Positions 61,401 to 64,000 of a stretch of 64,000 bases of DNA are shown in pieces. The DNA lies in NCBI GenBank assembly GCA_048772705.1, contig JBLWGC010000216.1, forward strand, positions 139,438 through 203,437, given 5' to 3'. Both the position numbers and the translations under genes were made by a program. The notes below the pieces were generated by a model that saw nothing but the letters and a program-made list of their open reading frames with translations, did no database searches and was not told the origin of the DNA. Numbering within the stretch: position 1 is the first letter of the stretch; every line of letters begins with the position of its first letter. The DNA is from Leidyana gryllorum EB-2025a (Eukaryota > Protista > Apicomplexa).

Positions 61401-64000
61401 TCTCAGACCAGTTGGATCTCAAAACATATCCTCCCGTCCTGTTCAAGTTGCTAAACTCCGAGTTGATCGATCAAACGACTGACGGTGGCGACATTGTCAC
61501 TGCCGTCACACATCTCCTGAAAATCTCGACCACCGCCGTCTCCGCCTTGTCCCTGACAAAATGTCCCAAGTCCATGTTGGAGTGCATTGAGAAACTGAGT
61601 CAAATCCTCATTTCGCGACCTCTGACGCGAAGTGACGGTCATTTGCAGCTCCAAGTGATCAAATTCTTATCTGCAATCACATGGGAAGGTGAAGGCTTCA
61701 CTCTGTTGGCTGAGATTACCAGAGTCCCGTGGGCTGATTTGGATCTTGAAGCCTTGGTGAAAGCTTCAAAGGACTTCAAGGTGGATGAGAGATCGAACGA
61801 AACGTTCAGCCGATTGATCGGTGAACTGAATCGCACCGTCTCGACTGAGTTTTCGTCACTGACCTTTGACATTATCGTCCAGATTTGTTTCAGTCGACTG
61901 GTTGGAGGGCGGAATGCAAAGGGGTCGAGGACCTCCACCCTATTCTTTACATCAGATTTGGGTCGGAGTGCTTTAGCGTATCTGTTCGCCCTGATGATGA
62001 CGCCGTTGTTTACGCTCCACGAGTCAGATTCCGCCATCACGTCCCACAGAACGAAAGCTATCGATCAGCGTCTGAGATCCATGCTGGATTCTGAAACCCC
62101 CAGGCTCCAGTGGGTCGGACCCGAGACCAATGTATTGGACTGCGGTCTGATTTGCGCCATCTCAAAGTCCTGCGATGAATTTCATATCCTCAAGTCGCAA
62201 CTGAGTCGTATTTATGGATTCGTCGACCTTCTCAAGTCTGTTCTCAAACAAGCCCGCCAAAAGGCCGCAGCCTGGGTGCCGTCGCTTACAGAGCTGGTTG
62301 CGCGATTACTTGTCGCTCTGACGACACGCGATGAGGACAGTCCATTGTATTCGAGCTCTTATCTCCAACAGCAACGGAGGAAAGCGGTCCGAAGTATTGT
62401 GCAACTCTTGGGGAACATTTTCGTGCTTTTCCCTCAACATAAGGATTCTCACGTTAATGTACTCAGATTGATAGCTGATCACCTCAGGAGTCAACTTTCT
62501 TTGAGTTTGGCCCATAGGGGTTGTCTGGAGAAGTCCACTGTCCTCGAGTTTGTCACGAGATGCGGAAGTACCAATGGATGCCGCTGGGTGCTGGAAGAGC
62601 AACCTGTCTTGTTCGAACTTGTTTTGGGAACGGTAGACACGGATGTGGTCGCTGATGCTCTCAGATCGTCCAGACGCAGCAACCCCGCCGTTGTCGACTC
62701 CACTCTGACCATAATACAGAGTCTCTGGAAAGACGCCTTCCCGGATCAGCAGATCACTCAGGAAAGGGAGACTCTGAAGGCGTTGCGTAAAATGCGGGCC
62801 CAAGAAAAGGCCGAGAGAGCTGCGTTCAACGAGGACTCCGATGACTCCTCATCGGATGACGATGATGTTGATGACGACGACGAAGTGATGGACGAAGCCG
62901 ATGAGCTCATGGCCGCACAAGAGAGACGCCACGCCGAGTCTTTGTTGAATAAACATTTGACGAGCATTCTGCGGGCAATGAGGGCAATAATGGCGGGAAA
63001 GAGTGCTGTCTCCACCGACCTGAATCACATTGGACGAGAACTGAGTCTTTTAATTGGATTCACAAATCTTCCGCGTCTCCAGTCGGGCACAGACTCGCAG
63101 GATCTCGCATTGTCTGTGGATCTTTTCAATCTCCTTTTGGAAGGATTCCGGAAATCTCTCTCTTCGGGAGTACTCAGCTCGGCTCGCAACCATCAGGCGA
63201 CAAGGAGAACTGAGAAATTGGTCGAAGCTCTCACGAGTCTTCTGGGTGCAGTCGCCAAGGCGCAGCACGGAACGGCCGACGCGGACTCTTTGACTGACTC
63301 CATTTATGCGACGCCCAAAAAGAAGCTCCCTCTCGCAATGGGCGGTCACTCGGCTGCCTGGGTGCTACAGAACAGTGCCCGACTCACAGCTGAGGCTCTC
63401 AAAAGTGTTGCGGATCCGGGCTTGCGCGAGATTATCGCCGAGTTGCATTTGGCCGTTGTCGTAGCAGTCCGAGTTCCCAAAGCGAGTCCTCAAAAGGTTC
63501 TGGAGGCCAAAAGAGCTGGAAATCATCCCGGGCATATCGTCAAGGAGGGCAACGACGTCATGGAGGCTCTGGTGAAAGAGTCTCGAGCATTATTGAAGTG
63601 TGATAACGGCGACTTTGGAGTCGCGTATTGGGATCTGTGGACAGCACACGTCCTCCAAGGATTGAACACTGCTGGAATCGCTACGGCATCCGCCGAAGCG
63701 GATGCAGATATCCGAGTGTCCATTTTGAGTGGGCTGACAGCTCGCAAGACTGGGGCTTTGACAGCTCAATTCTTACCTATCGATCACTTGCGGACTTTGA
63801 TTGCCCAATTCCTCTTCCTCACCAAACAAGCGGAACTGGACTGGGCTGTTCAGAACGCTCTCGATAAGATTTGGGATCAGATCTTTGAGCGATTCGCGCG
63901 TTTGGGTATCTTGAGTCAGTTTGCAGCACACAATGAAACTCTGAAGATATCCAACGCGTGGTCCCAAGAGTGGCATCATATGGCCGAGCGGGTCCTGGTC
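58418..64000 (+). CDS. UTP20: UTP20 (SSU processome HEAT-repeat protein), truncated by the window end
   Basis: Hand translation gives MAPSNNNAFRFRSFYDTLDQL and HEKPFIRQFAAEGVAYVLR, like the UTP20 N-terminal motifs. The same frame is open at 63941-64000; the interval was not checked codon by codon. Confidence 0.75.
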   Translation, partial: MAPSNNNAFRFRSFYDTLDQLRLNFHSTNLEEDGVAEQEQNLHETLLRADPDDPASVTALAAALARVSYPQDEPQFQNLSQDLGQDLGLDSVQDLLVQLAAVLAKCSSNIERVKEAFSVVATLLYRGRRVIQSNFETFLTFYIRHYLAHEKPFIRQFAAEGVAYVLRTLPLEPTHDIPGLFELLSILRVSLLATIRDPTGGDELEAGDDKLADDDGREEDDDDMEEPKAEQPPADETSERMEEEESPAEEKLAAAPVSPLDSMTPQRVVDVLSAVSFEIVKSVEKSILIAKVDPILRFWYSEWMNSEADGDETEDIDAVSDADHLNSGPIDLVTMQMLLTRIKQYVAHWNSKDLKAILEVIQTLGPLDDFTVLRLLSSFIADRPRLRLTSDGSARIRDEVIYSRLPLDTVQRCLGLIAERLKSYEHTAATLELKCLTLIAVANTLSPAGFIEWLRKEEVKIDDHVLTAENLRLCGDNKRIEDLVCTLIGVFLPQPRRSWGLMAEEETLGISAFDDTSSATPGEYPEVAAEIARILMESIKSLTEPLLSLLGRLIVTQQGRPSISDFKTKLMKFIKKADTSLNVRCRILHVCSASLPVAECLKILATSPKSQARAEIWECTAHVLPEGGMAKVLDAWLPRLTETDTVASDEVVSSLALKYRLGQCDAEKSEALVHDTVGLIHMMGMERHLESLGSYHNADGLKSFLLSCVTLPWLTARALAVKIVGHLLLSQSGQSPKKRKLEHRPAYESLLDSANSLVTTPDATDSSAQKVYLITRLRNDLLKLDNLNTEHSTIATLVINVLISQILSKFTPLFTPAIEALGDIYEHSKLAGNKAHVFLRPLITVFSSALNNLMAHSISSKGEPTPSQMVVPSAQRRMRHKIDAERETQRVDFDGETADHNATVLRVWSSVVLRSRETDSGPDDTIDAVSQTISSKLTFKRAVDVRTAVDNVCRVLNYVNKDKTNRRWLSCDYLDGAELMIVLMTIVSVLASKLVSDQLDLKTYPPVLFKLLNSELIDQTTDGGDIVTAVTHLLKISTTAVSALSLTKCPKSMLECIEKLSQILISRPLTRSDGHLQLQVIKFLSAITWEGEGFTLLAEITRVPWADLDLEALVKASKDFKVDERSNETFSRLIGELNRTVSTEFSSLTFDIIVQICFSRLVGGRNAKGSRTSTLFFTSDLGRSALAYLFALMMTPLFTLHESDSAITSHRTKAIDQRLRSMLDSETPRLQWVGPETNVLDCGLICAISKSCDEFHILKSQLSRIYGFVDLLKSVLKQARQKAAAWVPSLTELVARLLVALTTRDEDSPLYSSSYLQQQRRKAVRSIVQLLGNIFVLFPQHKDSHVNVLRLIADHLRSQLSLSLAHRGCLEKSTVLEFVTRCGSTNGCRWVLEEQPVLFELVLGTVDTDVVADALRSSRRSNPAVVDSTLTIIQSLWKDAFPDQQITQERETLKALRKMRAQEKAERAAFNEDSDDSSSDDDDVDDDDEVMDEADELMAAQERRHAESLLNKHLTSILRAMRAIMAGKSAVSTDLNHIGRELSLLIGFTNLPRLQSGTDSQDLALSVDLFNLLLEGFRKSLSSGVLSSARNHQATRRTEKLVEALTSLLGAVAKAQHGTADADSLTDSIYATPKKKLPLAMGGHSAAWVLQNSARLTAEALKSVADPGLREIIAELHLAVVVAVRVPKASPQKVLEAKRAGNHPGHIVKEGNDVMEALVKESRALLKCDNGDFGVAYWDLWTAHVLQGLNTAGIATASAEADADIRVSILSGLTARKTGALTAQFLPIDHLRTLIAQFLFLTKQAELDWAVQNALDKIWDQIFERFARLGILSQFAAHNETLKISNAWSQEWHHMAERVLV

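Overview
Eukaryotic, very gene-dense window with short GT-AG introns (mostly 25-60 nt), so most ORF-track entries are exon fragments or antisense shadows. The gene content (ATP4-type Na+ pumps, an alveolin/IMC protein, a CBM20-bearing CDPK2) points to an apicomplexan; a gregarine is my inference from compactness and intron size. Recognisable genes, in order: a small bacterial-looking ORF, a 2637-aa mucin-stalked adhesin, GCP2, a secreted class-3 lipase, a tandem kinase/pseudokinase pair, two convergent ATP4 paralogs, a fungal-like catechol O-methyltransferase, an Aurora kinase, an alveolin, an OTU deubiquitinase, SPT4, RPL10A, THADA/Trm732, CDPK2, several hypothetical genes, and UTP20, which runs off the right end and is absent from the ORF track. 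The main hidden feature is a ~142-bp tandem repeat between the two ATP4 genes. On the minus strand it reads as three box H/ACA snoRNAs (hairpin-H box-hairpin-ACA) with compensatory stem changes and a plausible SSU rRNA target. No CRISPR array, transposon, tRNA or rRNA gene was seen. All homology calls are motif recognition from memory; no searches were run.
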